A stretch of 64,000 nucleotides of DNA from Candidatus Saccharimonadales bacterium (GTDB lineage Bacteria; Patescibacteriota; Saccharimonadia; Saccharimonadales; UBA10212), in contig DASTXL010000002.1 in NCBI GenBank assembly GCA_035758565.1, positions 83,118 to 147,117 of the forward strand, in the 5' to 3' direction. A program made the position numbers and the translations under genes. The notes beneath the pieces were generated by a model. That model did no database searches. It saw nothing but the letters and a program-made list of their open reading frames with translations, and was not told where the DNA came from. Positions 63,687 to 64,000 of the stretch are shown here, one piece after another (the stretch's first letter is position 1; each line of letters opens with the position of its first letter).

Positions 63687-63779
63687 TGGCGGAGAGGGAG
63701 GGATTCGAACCCTCGCTGGAACTTTCGCCCCACTATCGATTTAGCAAACCGACCCCTTCAGCCTCTTGGGTACCTCTCC
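63687..63779 (-). tRNA. tRNA-Ser (anticodon GCU), CCA encoded
   Basis: Manual fold: acceptor GGAGAGG/CCTCTCC, anticodon stem TCGGT/ATCGA with loop TTGCTAA, long variable arm, T arm GAGGG-TTCGAAT-CCCTC. Confidence 0.9.
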
Positions 63780-63795
63780 ATTGTATTTAACTAGC

Positions 63796-63886
<91 letters not shown>

Positions 63887-64000
63887 ACGGAGGCCCTTAA
63901 ACAGAGGTAAGTATACCAGCTCGCGGGTGGTTTATCTAGACCGTTATATAAGTTAAAATAAGCATAAGCCCTGGTTGTTAAGCTTTCTGTACTGTTTTAG

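Noticed and set aside
63493-63790. ORFs 63493-63681 (-) and 63497-63790 (+)
   Set aside because: They overlap the tRNA-Ser(GCU) gene, the tRNA-like remnant and hairpins, and are artefacts of GC-rich structured DNA.

Overview
This is a compact 64-kb chromosomal window, roughly 90% coding by eye. Nearly all genes in the first 34 kb are on the minus strand. Content is mostly housekeeping: tlyA, efp, an rpsF-ssb-orf-rpsR operon, ftsK, RNase J, a family-4 UDG, pnp-rpsO-truB plus an NrnA-like gene, rpsT, holA, dut, fpg, polA, dnaG followed by two tandem rpoD-type sigma factors, argS, msrB, groES-groEL with a CIRCE operator, murE, tsaD, valS, a MacB-type ABC pair and three tRNA-Ser genes. Several traits suggest a small-genome Patescibacteria/CPR organism, possibly Saccharibacteria-like; this is inference only. 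Those traits are a DUF721/DciA-like gene, a bifunctional PGI/PMI-type isomerase, a 1353-aa LTD plus beta-helix surface protein, abutting or overlapping genes, and almost no biosynthesis. I saw no rRNA, CRISPR array, transposase, integrase or prophage genes. The main observations follow. (1) Three short high-GC single-gene islets lie in a lower-GC background: an Rpf-like muramidase, a GtrA-like membrane protein and an orphan ORF. Each ends in an 11-12 bp GC-rich perfect hairpin, and their edges share short junction motifs. (2) A structured repeat of about 130 nt is present in the rpsF leader and again, in frame, inside fpg as an extra segment of about 58 codons. (3) Two tRNA-Ser loci each carry an exact 18-nt copy of their own 3' end 168-189 bp downstream, bracketing hairpin-rich spacers with tRNA-like debris. 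(4) There is a tandem pair of paralogous orphan proteins with a PD-(D/E)xK-like C-terminal pattern. (5) Several core proteins look degenerate or unusual: DnaG lacks its zinc ligands, the NrnA-like protein lacks DHH, rpsF probably starts at ATT, and one regulator has three LuxR HTH domains. All calls come from reading the sequence and the ORF track. No searches were run, and family assignments rest on motifs recalled from memory.
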